DNA of 64,000 nucleotides from positions 5,386 to 69,385 of the forward strand of contig CAZTJP010000001.1 of the NCBI GenBank assembly GCA_964613895.1, read 5' to 3'. The position numbers and the translations under genes were made by a program. Positions 43,801-57,909 of this stretch are shown one piece after another; position 1 is the first letter of the stretch; each line of letters begins with the position of its first letter. The notes below the pieces were generated by a model that was not told where the DNA came from, did no database searches, and saw only the letters and a list, made by a program, of their open reading frames with translations. Source of the stretch: an uncultured Thiotrichales bacterium (GTDB lineage Bacteria > Pseudomonadota > Gammaproteobacteria > UWMA-0217).

Positions 43801-44299
43801 CATCGGCAAGATCGACCGCGAGACCCGCGAGCGTTTCAAGGACACCTTCGACAAGGTCAACAAGTCATTGCAGGAAAAGTTTCCCAAGCTGTTCGGAGGT
43901 GGCTATGCCCACCTCGAAATGACCGAGGACGACCTGCTCACCACCGGTGTCAACGTCATGGCGCGGCCGCCGGGCAAGCGCGTAGCGAACATCCATTTAC
44001 TGTCAGGCGGTGAGAAGGCCCTGACCGCCGTGGCGCTGGTATTCTCCATCTTCGAGCTGAATCCGGCGCCGTTCTGCATGCTCGACGAAGTCGATGCGCC
44101 GCTCGATGACGCCAACGTTGGCCGTTTCTGCGACCTGGTGGCGGAAATGTCCGAGAATGTGCAATTCATATTTATCACCCATAATAAGATTACAATGGAA
44201 CTGGCCCACCAGTTGATCGGCGTCACCATGCGCGAACCCGGTGTCTCGCGGCTGGTGGATGTCGACGTTGACGAAGCAGCGATGATGGCGGCCAGCTGA
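40802..44299 (+). CDS. smc: chromosome partition protein Smc
   Basis: 1165 aa; [50 protein letters not shown]; long Q/E/R/A-rich coiled coils; C-terminal [39 protein letters not shown]. Confidence 0.93.
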   Translation: [1165 protein letters not shown]

Positions 44300-44320
44300 G
44301 CAAACCGTGAGAACGAGATC

Positions 44321-47924
<3,604 letters not shown>

Positions 47925-47944
47925 TCCAGTTGCTTTGCAGGTCA

Positions 47945-48095
47945 CGGCGCCCAGCCCGAATTTCTCACAAGATCACGGCTGCGGCCTCCCAATGCTGCTC
48001 GACGTCGTGTCGACTACGCCTGCGCGGCCCTCGGTCGCGCACGCCAGTCATCACACCACCTTGAGCGGCCTCGCTACACGACCCTGTTAGAAAAG
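47945..48095. repeat. intergenic repeat family member A (degenerate copy)
   Basis: Core AGCCCGAATTTCTCACAAGATCACGGCTGCGGCCTCCCAATGC (47953-47995) is ~85% identical to 58289-58332; the right-arm remnant CGGCCTCGCTACACGACCCTGTTAGAAAAG corresponds to GCGGCTCGCTACGCAACTGTGAGAAAT of copy C. Confidence 0.5.
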
Positions 48096-48131
48096 AAAAC
48101 GGCGGAACAAACTGGTTCCGCCGTTGTGGTA
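48091..48131. terminator. bidirectional intrinsic terminator (ACGGCGGAAC-aaactg-GTTCCGCCGT)
   Basis: Perfect 10-bp stem. On the + strand it follows the SIMPL gene and precedes TTGTGGT. On the - strand it is followed by UUUUCUUUUC (strong U-tract). Confidence 0.55.
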
Positions 48132-48735
48132 GCGCTTTGTAAGCCCAACGCCTGTTTAATCTCCGGATTACGATAATTCCCTGAAACTATCGAACGCATC
48201 CTCGGAATCTTGTGACAGAGCGATCTTTGCTGCTGCCTCAGGCGCTTCCAGCCTCGTTGTTGGCTGTCAGATGCTGTTATGCAATGCCCGTGCCGTTTTT
48301 ATCTATTTCTCTATATCATGATGTTTTTATACAGGTTTTGGCGTGACTTCCTGATCACTGAAAGGCTTGGCGGGGCAGCAATCACAACCAGACTGTAAAG
48401 TGTGCTTTACAGCAGGATTACCGGTTTCCGAGAAAATAAAATTTAATCCCGTTAAACCAACAACTTATACGTTTCCGTCTCTCTGTCATCAAAGCCTTAC
48501 ACAAACTACCTCCAGCGCAGGGTCAAGCGCGGGGTCAGGCTTGCGTTATTGCGTTTTGGGATAACAAATGTGCGGTGAAAGTGGTACTCGTTGTCAAGTC
48601 CTAGTAGACTTCGCGCCCTGTATTTTGTAAGGCTGCCGTGCATGCTGGGCCAATTGTTGTCTAACTAGTTGGTTTTTCAGTGATTATTTGGATGGCGGCC
48701 GTAGCCGATAACCTGTACTGACACCGAGATGAAAA

Positions 48736-50814
48736 ATGACTGACCTTTCGCACTATCGCAATATTGGCATATTTGCGCATGTTGATGCCGGCAAGACGAC
48801 GACAACCGAGCGGATTCTGAATCTGACAGGAAAGACCCACAAGATCGGTGAGGTACATGATGGTGAGGCAACCACGGACTTCATGGAACAGGAGCGCGAG
48901 CGCGGAATCACGATCCAGTCGGCTGCGACGACCTGTTTCTGGAAGGATCATCGGCTGAATATCATCGATACTCCGGGACACGTGGATTTCACGATCGAGG
49001 TGTATCGGTCGCTGAAAGTGCTGGATGGTGGCGTAGGCGTTTTCTGTGGCTCTGGCGGTGTGGAACCTCAGTCGGAAACGAACTGGCGCTATGCCAACGA
49101 GTCCGAGGTGGCACGGATCATTCTGGTCAACAAGCTGGATCGGATGGGCGCGGATTTTTACCGTGTGGTCGAGCAGATCAAGAATGTACTGGGGGCCAAT
49201 CCCCTGGTCATGGTGCTGCCGATCGGCATCGAGGACGATTTCGTTGGTGTGGTCGATTTGCTGACCCGCAAGGCCTGGGTTTGGGACGATTCCGGTGATC
49301 CGGCCAAGTATGAGTTGCAAGATGTGCCTGCCGACATGGTGGACAAGGTCGAGGAGTATCGCGAGCAGTTGATCGAAACGGCGATCGAGCAGGATGATGA
49401 CTTGATGGAGGCATACCTGGAGGGTGAGGAGCCGTCTCTGGAGGACATCAAGCGCTGCATTCGCAAGGGCACGATTGCGCTCGACTTTTTCCCGACCTAT
49501 TGCGGTTCGGCGTTCAAGAACAAGGGCATCCAACTGGTGCTGGATGCAGTTGTCGATTATCTGCCGAGTCCGACGGAGGTCGATCCCCAGCCCGAGGTGG
49601 ACCTGGAAGGCAATGAGACGGGCAACTATGCCGTGGTCGATCCGGACAAGCCGGTTCGGGCACTGGCGTTCAAGATCATGGACGACCGTTTTGGCGCATT
49701 GACGTTCACCCGCGTCTATTCGGGGACGATCAAGAAAGGGGATACTCTGCTCAATACCTACACCGGCAAGACGGAGCGGATCGGTCGGATCGTGGAGATG
49801 CACGCGGATTCGCGCGAAGAGCTGGATTCCTGTCAGGCTGGTGACATCGTAGCCTTTGTGGGCCTGAAGAATACCCAGACCGGCCATACGCTGGCTGATC
49901 CAGACAATCCCGCAACGCTGGAGCCAATGGTTTTCCCTGATCCGGTGATTTCGATTGCGATCAAGCCCAAGGACAAGGGTGGTTCCGAGAAGATGGGTAT
50001 CGCGCTGTCCAAGATGATGCAGGAAGATCCCTCCTTCCGGGTCGAAACGGATGAGGATTCGGGCGAGACGATCATCAAGGGCATGGGTGAGCTGCATCTG
50101 GATATCAAGGTCGATATCCTCAAGCGTACCCACGGGGTCGAGGTTGAGGTTGGCAAGCCGCAGGTGGCGTATCGTGAAACGATCACCCAGCGGGTGGAAG
50201 ACAGCTATACCCACAAGAAGCAGACAGGCGGTTCCGGTCAGTTCGCAAAGATCGACTATGTGATCGAGCCGGGCGAGAAGAACAGCGGTTTCCAGTTCGA
50301 ATCGGTAGTGACCGGCGGCAATGTCCCCCGCGAGTTCTGGCCGGCGGTGGAAAAAGGGTTCGCCACCAGCATGGAGGAAGGCGTGCTGGCGGGCTTCCCG
50401 TTGCTGGACGTGAAGGTGACATTGGTCGATGGTGGCTTCCACCCGGTGGACTCCTCCGCAGTGGCCTACGAGATTGCAGCCAAGGCGGCCTATCGTCAGT
50501 CGGTTCCGAAAGCGGGGCCGCAGTTGTTGGAGCCGATCATGAAAGTGGATGTGTTCACGCCGGAAGAACACGTCGGCGATGTGATCGGTGATCTGAACCG
50601 TCGTCGCGGCATGGTGCAGGGTCAGGAATCGGGCCCGACCGGGGTGCGCATCAAGGCAGAAGCGCCGTTGAGCGAAATGTTCGGTTATATCGGAACCCTG
50701 CGAACCATGACATCCGGGCGTGGCCAGTTTTCGATGGAGTTCGACCATTACGCGCCTTGCCCCAACAATGTCGCTGAAGAGGTGATCAAGGAGATCAACG
50801 AAGCCAAGGGGTAG
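48736..50814 (+). CDS. fusA: elongation factor G paralog (EF-G2 type)
   Basis: 692 aa; [86 protein letters not shown]; lacks the SGMxxQxxxH segment present in the str-operon copy; all five EF-G domains recognisable. Confidence 0.9.
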   Translation: MTDLSHYRNIGIFAHVDAGKTTTTERILNLTGKTHKIGEVHDGEATTDFMEQERERGITIQSAATTCFWKDHRLNIIDTPGHVDFTIEVYRSLKVLDGGVGVFCGSGGVEPQSETNWRYANESEVARIILVNKLDRMGADFYRVVEQIKNVLGANPLVMVLPIGIEDDFVGVVDLLTRKAWVWDDSGDPAKYELQDVPADMVDKVEEYREQLIETAIEQDDDLMEAYLEGEEPSLEDIKRCIRKGTIALDFFPTYCGSAFKNKGIQLVLDAVVDYLPSPTEVDPQPEVDLEGNETGNYAVVDPDKPVRALAFKIMDDRFGALTFTRVYSGTIKKGDTLLNTYTGKTERIGRIVEMHADSREELDSCQAGDIVAFVGLKNTQTGHTLADPDNPATLEPMVFPDPVISIAIKPKDKGGSEKMGIALSKMMQEDPSFRVETDEDSGETIIKGMGELHLDIKVDILKRTHGVEVEVGKPQVAYRETITQRVEDSYTHKKQTGGSGQFAKIDYVIEPGEKNSGFQFESVVTGGNVPREFWPAVEKGFATSMEEGVLAGFPLLDVKVTLVDGGFHPVDSSAVAYEIAAKAAYRQSVPKAGPQLLEPIMKVDVFTPEEHVGDVIGDLNRRRGMVQGQESGPTGVRIKAEAPLSEMFGYIGTLRTMTSGRGQFSMEFDHYAPCPNNVAEEVIKEINEAKG

Positions 50815-50900
50815 CCCGGATTCCGCCAGGTCGCTACTGCGACCGCCCAATGTGGCGCGCTGACTGATGTTCACTCGGTCGAGTGCCGGATCACCCGTTC
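50812..50900. repeat. intergenic repeat family member B
   Basis: Starts at the fusA2 stop codon. AGCCCGGATTCCGCC...CTACTGCGACCGCCCAATGTGGCGCGCTGACTG...CCGGATCACCCGTTC matches copy C (…GACTGCGGCCACCCAACGCGGCGCGCTGACTG…CCGGATCCAGTTCAC). Confidence 0.45.
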
Positions 50901-51085
50901 GGTCCGTGCGTTTCCACGCTTCTGCGTGGGAACGCGAACCCTATTGTTGGTGAGCCTCGGATTACCGCGCAGGAATCCCGGGGCCATGCAACCCACGCAC
51001 CCACGCCGCTGCCATGCTGGCGCTGATCGATTCTGAACTGTTCCCATCGCCACAATGCCGGTTTGATCCTTGGTAAGATAGGGCG

Positions 51086-51898
51086 ATGCCGACTATCGAA
51101 ATCACTCAACTCGCCATCTACCCCGTCAAGTCGATGCGCGGAATGGCGTTGCAGTCGTCGCAGCTGGACGCGATGGGGCTACGCTGGGATCGACGCTGGA
51201 TGCTGGTGGATGCCCAGGGCCGTTTTCTGACCGGCCGGCAGCATCCCGAGTTATTGACGATCCAGCCAAGGCTTTCGGAGCAGGGCGCATTATCGCTCGA
51301 ATTCCCGGACGGCAAAGTGCTGGCGGTGCCGTCGCCGGATGCGGCCGCCGGGCGAGTACCAGTCACGGTGTGGAATGATACCGTCATGGCATCCCCGGTC
51401 GGCGGCACCTGCGATGACGTACTCAGTGCGTGGCTGGGCGAACCTTGCCGGTTGGTGTTCATCGAAGATGATGAGGTCAGACAGGTCGATCCGGCGTATG
51501 CGCACGAAGGAGATCGCACGGGGTTTTCGGATGGTTTTCCGTTGTTACTGATCTCGGAGGCTTCGCTGGCGGATCTCAACAGCCGTCTGCCGGAAGCATT
51601 GCCGATGAGCCGTTTCCGGCCCAATCTGGTGGTTTCTGGCACGGAACCGTTTGCCGAGGACGACTGGCAGACATTCGAGACCTGTGGCGTGAAGTTTTCC
51701 GTGGTCAAACCTTGTTCCCGCTGCGTGATGACGACGGTGGATGCCGAGCGTGGCATCCGCGCGGGCAATGAGCCGCTGGCGACGCTGATGACCTACCGTC
51801 GCCAGGGCAACAAGGTGATGTTTGGTCAGAATGTGATCCATCGCGGTCGCGGTGTATTGCGGGTAGGCGCCCCGGTGGAGGTTCTCCCCGCCGACTGA
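51086..51898 (+). CDS. MOSC domain-containing protein (YcbX-like)
   Basis: MPTIEITQLAIYPVKSMRGMALQSSQLDAMGLRWDRRWMLVD (MOSC N-terminal beta-barrel) and a C-terminal MOSC domain with a conserved Cys (KPCSRCVMTTVD). Confidence 0.8.
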   Translation: MPTIEITQLAIYPVKSMRGMALQSSQLDAMGLRWDRRWMLVDAQGRFLTGRQHPELLTIQPRLSEQGALSLEFPDGKVLAVPSPDAAAGRVPVTVWNDTVMASPVGGTCDDVLSAWLGEPCRLVFIEDDEVRQVDPAYAHEGDRTGFSDGFPLLLISEASLADLNSRLPEALPMSRFRPNLVVSGTEPFAEDDWQTFETCGVKFSVVKPCSRCVMTTVDAERGIRAGNEPLATLMTYRRQGNKVMFGQNVIHRGRGVLRVGAPVEVLPAD

Positions 51899-52025
51899 TT
51901 TGTGACGGACTGCCCGCAACTGTCTTTTCTGCTACTATCCGCCGCTCGAGATCTGTTTGTCCGGGAACGCTCGCGGGCGGAGCGATTTTCCTGCCCGGAC
52001 GCATGCTACCTATTTGAGACCGACT

Positions 52026-54689
52026 ATGAATGCCATCATGCAACCACAAGACGTTGATTCGCAGGAAACCCAGGAATGGATCGAGGCGCTGGAAGCCGTT
52101 ATCGAGCATGAAGGCATCGAACGCGCGCATTTTCTGCTGGAGCAACTGATCGATCATGCACGCAGGTCGGGCGCCAATCTGCCGTATTCGGCCAACACGG
52201 CGTATGTGAATACGATTCCGACCCATCTTGAAGCACCATTGCCGGGTGACCGCGCCATCGAACAGCGGATCAAATCCTGGGTGCGCTGGAATGCGGCGGC
52301 GATGGTGGTGCGTGCCAACCGCAAGAGCGGCGAATTGGGTGGACATATCGCTTCATTCGCGTCGGCAGCGACGCTGTACGATGTGGGTTTCAACCATTTC
52401 TGGCGTGCGCCAACGCCGGAGCATGGTGGTGACATGGTGTTTTTCCAGGGCCATTCCGCGCCCGGCATGTATGCGCGCGCTTTTCTGGAAGGGCGGCTGA
52501 CCGAGGAGGATCTGGACAAGTTCCGCCAAGAGGTGGATGGTGGTGGGTTGTCATCCTATCCACACCCGTGGTTGATGCCGGATTTCTGGCAGTTTCCGAC
52601 GGTCTCGATGGGCTTGGGTCCGATCATGTCGATCTATCAGGCGCGCTTCATGAAATACATGCAGCACCGTGGTCTGGCGCATACCGAGCAGCGCAAGGTA
52701 TGGGCCTTCATCGGCGATGGCGAGGTCGATGAGCCAGAGACGCTGGGCGCCATTTCGCTGGCGGCGCGCGAAAAGCTGGACAATCTGATCTGGGTGGTCA
52801 ATTGCAACTTGCAGCGGCTCGATGGGCCAGTACGTGGCAATGGCAAGATCATTCAGGAACTGGAAGCGATCTTCCGCGGTGTCGGCTGGAACGTCATCAA
52901 GGTGATCTGGGGCTCGTACTGGGATCCGTTGCTGGCGATGGATCACGATGGCCTGCTGCGTCAACGGATGATGGAAGCAGTCGATGGCGATTACCAGAAC
53001 TACAAGTCCAAGGATGGCGGCTATGTTCGCGAGCATTTCTTCGGCAAGTATCCCGAACTGAAAGCCATGGTCGCCAAAATGTCGGATCGGGACATCTGGC
53101 GGCTCAACCGCGGTGGACACGATCCGAACAAGGTGTATGCCGCCTACCATGCGGCGGTCAACCACCAGGGCCAGCCGACGGTGATCCTGGCCAAGACGGT
53201 CAAGGGCTATGGCATGGGCGCGGCTGGCGAGGCGATGATGGGCGCGCACCAGAAGAAAAAGATGGACGAGGATTCGATGGTCGCGTTCAAGAACCGCTTC
53301 AACATTCCGCTTTCGGACGAGGATGCGGCTGCGGCCAAGTACTACAAGCCCCCCGAAGACAGTCCCGAGATTCAGTACATGCGGGAGCGTCGCAAGGCGC
53401 TGGGTGGCCCCATTCCGGCTCGCCGGCATCAGGCGGCGCCGTTGGACATCCCCGATCTGGCTGCTTTCGAGCCGCTGCTCAAAGGCACGGGTGAGCGTGA
53501 AATGTCCACCACGATGGCATTCGTCCGGCTGCTGACGCTGTTGACGCGCGACAAGAAGCTCGGTCGCCATATCGTGCCGATCGTGCCCGACGAAGCGCGT
53601 ACCTTTGGCATGGAAGGCATGTTCCGCCAGTTGGGGATCTATTCATCCGTCGGACAGCTCTATACCCCCCAGGATCAGGACCAGGTGATGTTCTACAAGG
53701 AGGATCTGTCGGGGCAGATTCTCGAGGAAGGCATCAATGAAGCGGGCGCGATGTGTTCCTGGATTTCGGCGGCCACGTCCTACAGCACGCATGGCGTGGC
53801 CATGATCCCGTTCTACATCTACTACTCGATGTTCGGGTTTCAGCGTGTTGGCGATCTCGCCTGGGCGGCGGGCGACCAGCGCGCCCGGGGGTTCCTGCTG
53901 GGCGGCACGGCCGGCCGGACCACGCTGGCGGGTGAGGGGTTGCAGCATCAGGACGGTCATCATCATGTGTTGGCCAGCACCATTCCCAACTGCATCAGCT
54001 ATGACCCCACCTTTGCCTACGAGCTGGCGGTGATCATTCAGGATGGCATGCGCCGCATGTATCACGATATGGAAGATGTGTTCTATTACATCTCCGTCAT
54101 GAACGAGAACTATGCCCATCCCGCCATGCCGAAGGGCGTGGAGCAAGGCATCCTCAAAGGCATCTATCTGTTCCGCAAGGGTGGGCGCAAGAAAAAGCGG
54201 GTGCAATTGCTGGGTTCCGGCACCATTTTCCGCGAAGCGATGGCCGCAGCCGACTTGCTGGCGCAGGATTGGGGCGTGGACGCCGATCTGTGGAGCGTGA
54301 CCAGTTTCAATGAACTGGCCCGGGACGGGCGAGATTGTGAACGCTGGAATCTGTTGCACCCGGAAGAGAAGCCGCGCGTTCCCTATGTGGCACAGGTGCT
54401 CGAAGGCGCGAAGGGGCCATTCATTGCCGCGACCGACTACATCAAGAGTTATGCCGACCAGATTCGCCCCTGGGTGCCCGGACGCTATACGGTGCTGGGC
54501 ACGGATGGGTTCGGGCGTTCCGATACGCGAGCGCAGTTGCGCAAGCATTTCGAGGTCGATCGCCACTATATCGTCGTGGCCGCGCTTCGGGCGCTGGCGG
54601 AAGAAGGTGCGGTCAAGCCGGCTGATGTCAGCAAAGCGATCGCACAGTACGGCATCGATGTGAACAAACCCAATCCGATCAAGGCCTGA
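52026..54689 (+). CDS. aceE: pyruvate dehydrogenase E1 component
   Basis: [49 protein letters not shown]... aligns with AceE N-termini; the ORF track starts 23 codons earlier. Confidence 0.9.
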   Translation: MNAIMQPQDVDSQETQEWIEALEAVIEHEGIERAHFLLEQLIDHARRSGANLPYSANTAYVNTIPTHLEAPLPGDRAIEQRIKSWVRWNAAAMVVRANRKSGELGGHIASFASAATLYDVGFNHFWRAPTPEHGGDMVFFQGHSAPGMYARAFLEGRLTEEDLDKFRQEVDGGGLSSYPHPWLMPDFWQFPTVSMGLGPIMSIYQARFMKYMQHRGLAHTEQRKVWAFIGDGEVDEPETLGAISLAAREKLDNLIWVVNCNLQRLDGPVRGNGKIIQELEAIFRGVGWNVIKVIWGSYWDPLLAMDHDGLLRQRMMEAVDGDYQNYKSKDGGYVREHFFGKYPELKAMVAKMSDRDIWRLNRGGHDPNKVYAAYHAAVNHQGQPTVILAKTVKGYGMGAAGEAMMGAHQKKKMDEDSMVAFKNRFNIPLSDEDAAAAKYYKPPEDSPEIQYMRERRKALGGPIPARRHQAAPLDIPDLAAFEPLLKGTGEREMSTTMAFVRLLTLLTRDKKLGRHIVPIVPDEARTFGMEGMFRQLGIYSSVGQLYTPQDQDQVMFYKEDLSGQILEEGINEAGAMCSWISAATSYSTHGVAMIPFYIYYSMFGFQRVGDLAWAAGDQRARGFLLGGTAGRTTLAGEGLQHQDGHHHVLASTIPNCISYDPTFAYELAVIIQDGMRRMYHDMEDVFYYISVMNENYAHPAMPKGVEQGILKGIYLFRKGGRKKKRVQLLGSGTIFREAMAAADLLAQDWGVDADLWSVTSFNELARDGRDCERWNLLHPEEKPRVPYVAQVLEGAKGPFIAATDYIKSYADQIRPWVPGRYTVLGTDGFGRSDTRAQLRKHFEVDRHYIVVAALRALAEEGAVKPADVSKAIAQYGIDVNKPNPIKA

Positions 54690-54699
54690 GGAGTACGCG

Positions 54700-56031
54700 A
54701 TGGCAGTCAAGGAAATCGTTGTTCCGGATATTGGCGATTTTGGCGAGGTGGAGATCATCGAAGTGCTGGTGGCGCCCGGTGACCGGATCGACGCGGAGGA
54801 TTCGCTGGTCACGCTCGAGTCGGACAAGGCCTCGATGGAGATTCCTTCCACCGATTCCGGCGTGATCAAGGAACTCAAGGTGGGTGTGGGTGACAAGGTC
54901 TCCCAGGGCAGCCCGTTGCTGGTGCTGGAAGTCAGTGATGCCGCCAACGATGCATCCGCCGCCGAGCAATCCGAGCGCGCAGCCCAAGCCCCGTCGCCGG
55001 CACAGAGCGAGACCCAGCCGGCGCCCGAGCCTCCCGGCACGACGTCTGAGCCTCCGCCTGGCCCTGCATCACCGGCCGCAGCGGCGGCGCCAGCCGCCAA
55101 GCCATCTCCGACGGCCATGATCGATGAGGTGCGTTTCGAGAAAGCCTATGCCAGTCCCTCGGTGCGACGTTTCGCCCGCGAGCTGGGTGTCGATCTTGGT
55201 CAGGTCGAAGGCAGCGGCCGCAAGGGACGGATTCTCAAGGAGGATGTCAAACAGTTCGTCAAACGGGCGCTCACCCAGGGAGCTGGCGGCGGTCTGGGCG
55301 TGGCGCCCATGCCGGAGGTCGATTTCAGCCAGTGGGGCGAGATCGAAACGAAAAAACTCACTCGCATCAACCAGTTGACTGGCCAGTTCCTGCACCGAAA
55401 CTGGGTGACCATTCCCCATGTCACGCAGTTCGACGAGGCGGATATCACCGATCTGGAAGCCTTCCGCCGTTCGATGGTCGAGGAGTACAAGGAGCGCGGC
55501 GTCAAGATTACCTTGCTGTCGTTTCTCATCAAGGCGGTTGTCTCCGCGCTCAAGGAATTGCCCCGTTTCAACGCCTCGCTGGAGCCGGGGGGCGAAACGC
55601 TGGTGCTGAAGAAGTATTTCCACATCGGGGTGGCCGTGGATACGGCCGATGGACTGGTGGTACCGGTGGTTCGGGACGCGGATCGCAAGAGCCTGGTCGA
55701 GATTGCTGCCGAGCTGGGTGAGATCAGCGCCAAGGCGCGCGAGAAAAAACTCAAGCCCGCCGACATGCAGGGCGGTTGTTTCACCATCTCCAGTCTCGGT
55801 GGTATCGGCGGTACCCAGTTCACGCCCATCGTCAATGCGCCAGAGGTGGCGATTCTGGGCGTATCGCGCGCCAAGATGACTCCCGTCTGGAACGGCAACG
55901 AGTTTGAACCCCGGCTGGTATTGCCGCTGTCGCTGTCCTACGATCATCGGGTGATCGATGGCGCTGACGGTGCACGCTTCACCAGCCTGCTCAGCCGTTT
56001 GCTCTCGGATACCCGCCGCTTGTTGCTGTAG
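54700..56031 (+). CDS. aceF: dihydrolipoyllysine-residue acetyltransferase (PDH E2), single lipoyl domain
   Basis: Lipoyl domain [45 protein letters not shown]; Ala/Pro linker; E3-binding; catalytic domain ending ...[17 protein letters not shown]. Confidence 0.9.
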   Translation: MAVKEIVVPDIGDFGEVEIIEVLVAPGDRIDAEDSLVTLESDKASMEIPSTDSGVIKELKVGVGDKVSQGSPLLVLEVSDAANDASAAEQSERAAQAPSPAQSETQPAPEPPGTTSEPPPGPASPAAAAAPAAKPSPTAMIDEVRFEKAYASPSVRRFARELGVDLGQVEGSGRKGRILKEDVKQFVKRALTQGAGGGLGVAPMPEVDFSQWGEIETKKLTRINQLTGQFLHRNWVTIPHVTQFDEADITDLEAFRRSMVEEYKERGVKITLLSFLIKAVVSALKELPRFNASLEPGGETLVLKKYFHIGVAVDTADGLVVPVVRDADRKSLVEIAAELGEISAKAREKKLKPADMQGGCFTISSLGGIGGTQFTPIVNAPEVAILGVSRAKMTPVWNGNEFEPRLVLPLSLSYDHRVIDGADGARFTSLLSRLLSDTRRLLL

Positions 56032-56063
56032 CCGGGCGGGTGAGGATTTGTTGAGGATCGAAC

Positions 56064-57821
56064 ATGAGTGAAACGGTTGAGGTCAAGGTTCCGGATATCG
56101 GCGATTTCGGCAAGGTCGAGGTCATCGAGGTACTGGTGTCGCCCGGTGATACGGTGCAGGCCGAGGACTCGCTGATCACGCTGGAGTCGGACAAGGCGTC
56201 GATGGAGATCCCCAGCCCGCAGTCGGGCGTGGTGCAGGAAGTCCTGGTCAAGGTCGGCGACAAGGTTTCCGAGGGGGACCCTATTCTCAGGCTGACACTG
56301 GCCGATGGTGACACAGCCACTGCCGAGACATCGCCGCCCGCCCCGACAGTGGATACGCCCCCCTCCGAGGCTGCTCCCGCTCCGGCGGCGCCTGCTGTGG
56401 GTCAGGCCGACCGACGCGCCGAAGTGGTGGTGCTGGGCGCCGGGCCGGGGGGGTATACGGCGGCTTTTCGCGCCGCGGATCTCGGCAAGCAGGTGGTTCT
56501 GATCGAGCGTTACCCGAGTCTTGGCGGTGTCTGTCTCAATGTCGGCTGCATTCCCTCCAAGGCGCTGTTGCATGTTGCCGAGGTGATTACCGAGGCCCAG
56601 GAATTCAGCGCCGTCGGCGTGGATTTCGGTACGCCGACGATCGATATCGACAAGCTGCGCACTCACAAGGAAAAGGTGATCGGTCAGCTGACCGGTGGAC
56701 TCGCGCAACTTGCCCGGCAGCGCAAGGTCGAGGTCGTGCAGGGTGTTGGCCGCTTCACCTCGGCCAACCGTATCGCGGTGCAGGGCGCGGATGGCGCCGA
56801 AACGACGATCGATTTCGAGCACTGCATCATCGCCGCGGGTTCGAGCGTGGTGAAACCGGGCTTCATCCCCTGGGACGATCCTCGTGTGCTGGATTCGACG
56901 GGCGCGCTGGCGCTGGAATCCATCCCCGAGCGGTTACTGGTGGTGGGTGGCGGCATCATCGGCATGGAGATGGCCTCGGTCTATCACGCGCTCGGTTCGA
57001 AGATCACCGTGGTGGAACTGTCCGATGGGCTGATGCCGGGCGCGGACCGGGATCTGGTGCGGTTGTTTCAGAAATCGATCAAGTCCCGCTACGAGAATAT
57101 CTTCACGGGTACGAAGGTCACCGCGATCACGCCATCGGACGCGGGTCTCGTCTGTGAATTCGAAGGCGGCAAGGCGCCGCAACAGGATACCTTCGACAAG
57201 GTGCTGGTGGCGATCGGTCGCGCACCCAACGGCGCGCTGATCGATGCCGACAAGGCTGGCGTGGCGGTCGATGAACGCGGTTTCATCGCGGTGGACAAGC
57301 AGCAACGCACCAATGTGCCGCATATCTTCGCCATTGGCGATATCGTCGGTCAGCCGATGCTGGCGCACAAGGCGACTCATGAGGGCAAGGTGGCCGCCGA
57401 AGTGATCGCCGGCAAGAAATCATTTTTCGACGCCCGCACCATCCCGTCGGTGGCCTACACCGACCCCGAGATCGCCTGGTGTGGTCTCACCGAAGAAGCT
57501 GCAAAAGCGCAGGGCGTGGCTTACGAGAAGGGGGCTTTCCCCTGGGCCGCCAGTGGCCGGGCGCTCAGCATGGGCGCGTCCAACGGACTGACCAAGGTCT
57601 TGTTCGACAAGGAAACCCATCGCGTCATCGGCGCGGGCATCGTCGGCAAGAATGCCGGCGAGCTGATTGCCGAAGCAGTGTTGGCGCTGGAAATGGGCGC
57701 GGATATGACCGATCTGGCGCTCACGATTCATCCGCACCCCACTTTGTCGGAGACGGTGAACTTTGCGGCGGAAATGGCCGAGGGCACCATCACCGATCTG
57801 TATGTACCAAAGAAGAAATAA
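56064..57821 (+). CDS. lpd: dihydrolipoyl dehydrogenase (E3) with N-terminal lipoyl domain
   Basis: 585 aa. The first ~80 aa duplicate the aceF lipoyl domain ([45 protein letters not shown]), followed by an A/P linker, then FAD-binding VVLGAGPGGYTAAFRAADLG and redox-active GGVCLNVGCIPSK. Confidence 0.92.
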   Translation: MSETVEVKVPDIGDFGKVEVIEVLVSPGDTVQAEDSLITLESDKASMEIPSPQSGVVQEVLVKVGDKVSEGDPILRLTLADGDTATAETSPPAPTVDTPPSEAAPAPAAPAVGQADRRAEVVVLGAGPGGYTAAFRAADLGKQVVLIERYPSLGGVCLNVGCIPSKALLHVAEVITEAQEFSAVGVDFGTPTIDIDKLRTHKEKVIGQLTGGLAQLARQRKVEVVQGVGRFTSANRIAVQGADGAETTIDFEHCIIAAGSSVVKPGFIPWDDPRVLDSTGALALESIPERLLVVGGGIIGMEMASVYHALGSKITVVELSDGLMPGADRDLVRLFQKSIKSRYENIFTGTKVTAITPSDAGLVCEFEGGKAPQQDTFDKVLVAIGRAPNGALIDADKAGVAVDERGFIAVDKQQRTNVPHIFAIGDIVGQPMLAHKATHEGKVAAEVIAGKKSFFDARTIPSVAYTDPEIAWCGLTEEAAKAQGVAYEKGAFPWAASGRALSMGASNGLTKVLFDKETHRVIGAGIVGKNAGELIAEAVLALEMGADMTDLALTIHPHPTLSETVNFAAEMAEGTITDLYVPKKK

Positions 57822-57823
57822 AA

Positions 57824-57874
57824 AGAAGCGCCACGCCCTGAAAAAGACTGTGAAAAAGAGGCGTGGCGCTTCTG
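57824..57874. terminator. bidirectional terminator-like inverted repeat (AGAAGCGCCACGCC ... GGCGTGGCGCTTCT)
   Basis: 14-bp perfect arms with a 23-nt A-rich loop between convergent lpd (+) and 57910-58239 (-); on the minus strand it is followed by a T-run. Confidence 0.5.
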
Positions 57875-57909
57875 GTTGATGATGGGCTGAGCCTGGTTTG
57901 GAGTCCGAC

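Noticed and set aside
48393-48412. LexA (SOS) box
   Set aside because: The palindrome is CTGT-N12-ACAG, not the gammaproteobacterial CTGT-N8-ACAG. Reported as an unknown operator-like palindrome instead.
48661-50874. 737-aa minus-strand ORF
   Set aside because: Antisense to the EF-G paralog, whose GTPase motifs are intact on the plus strand.
53643-55118. 491-aa minus-strand ORF, plus 52551-53570 and 55069-56822 minus-strand ORFs
   Set aside because: Antisense to aceE, aceF and lpd.
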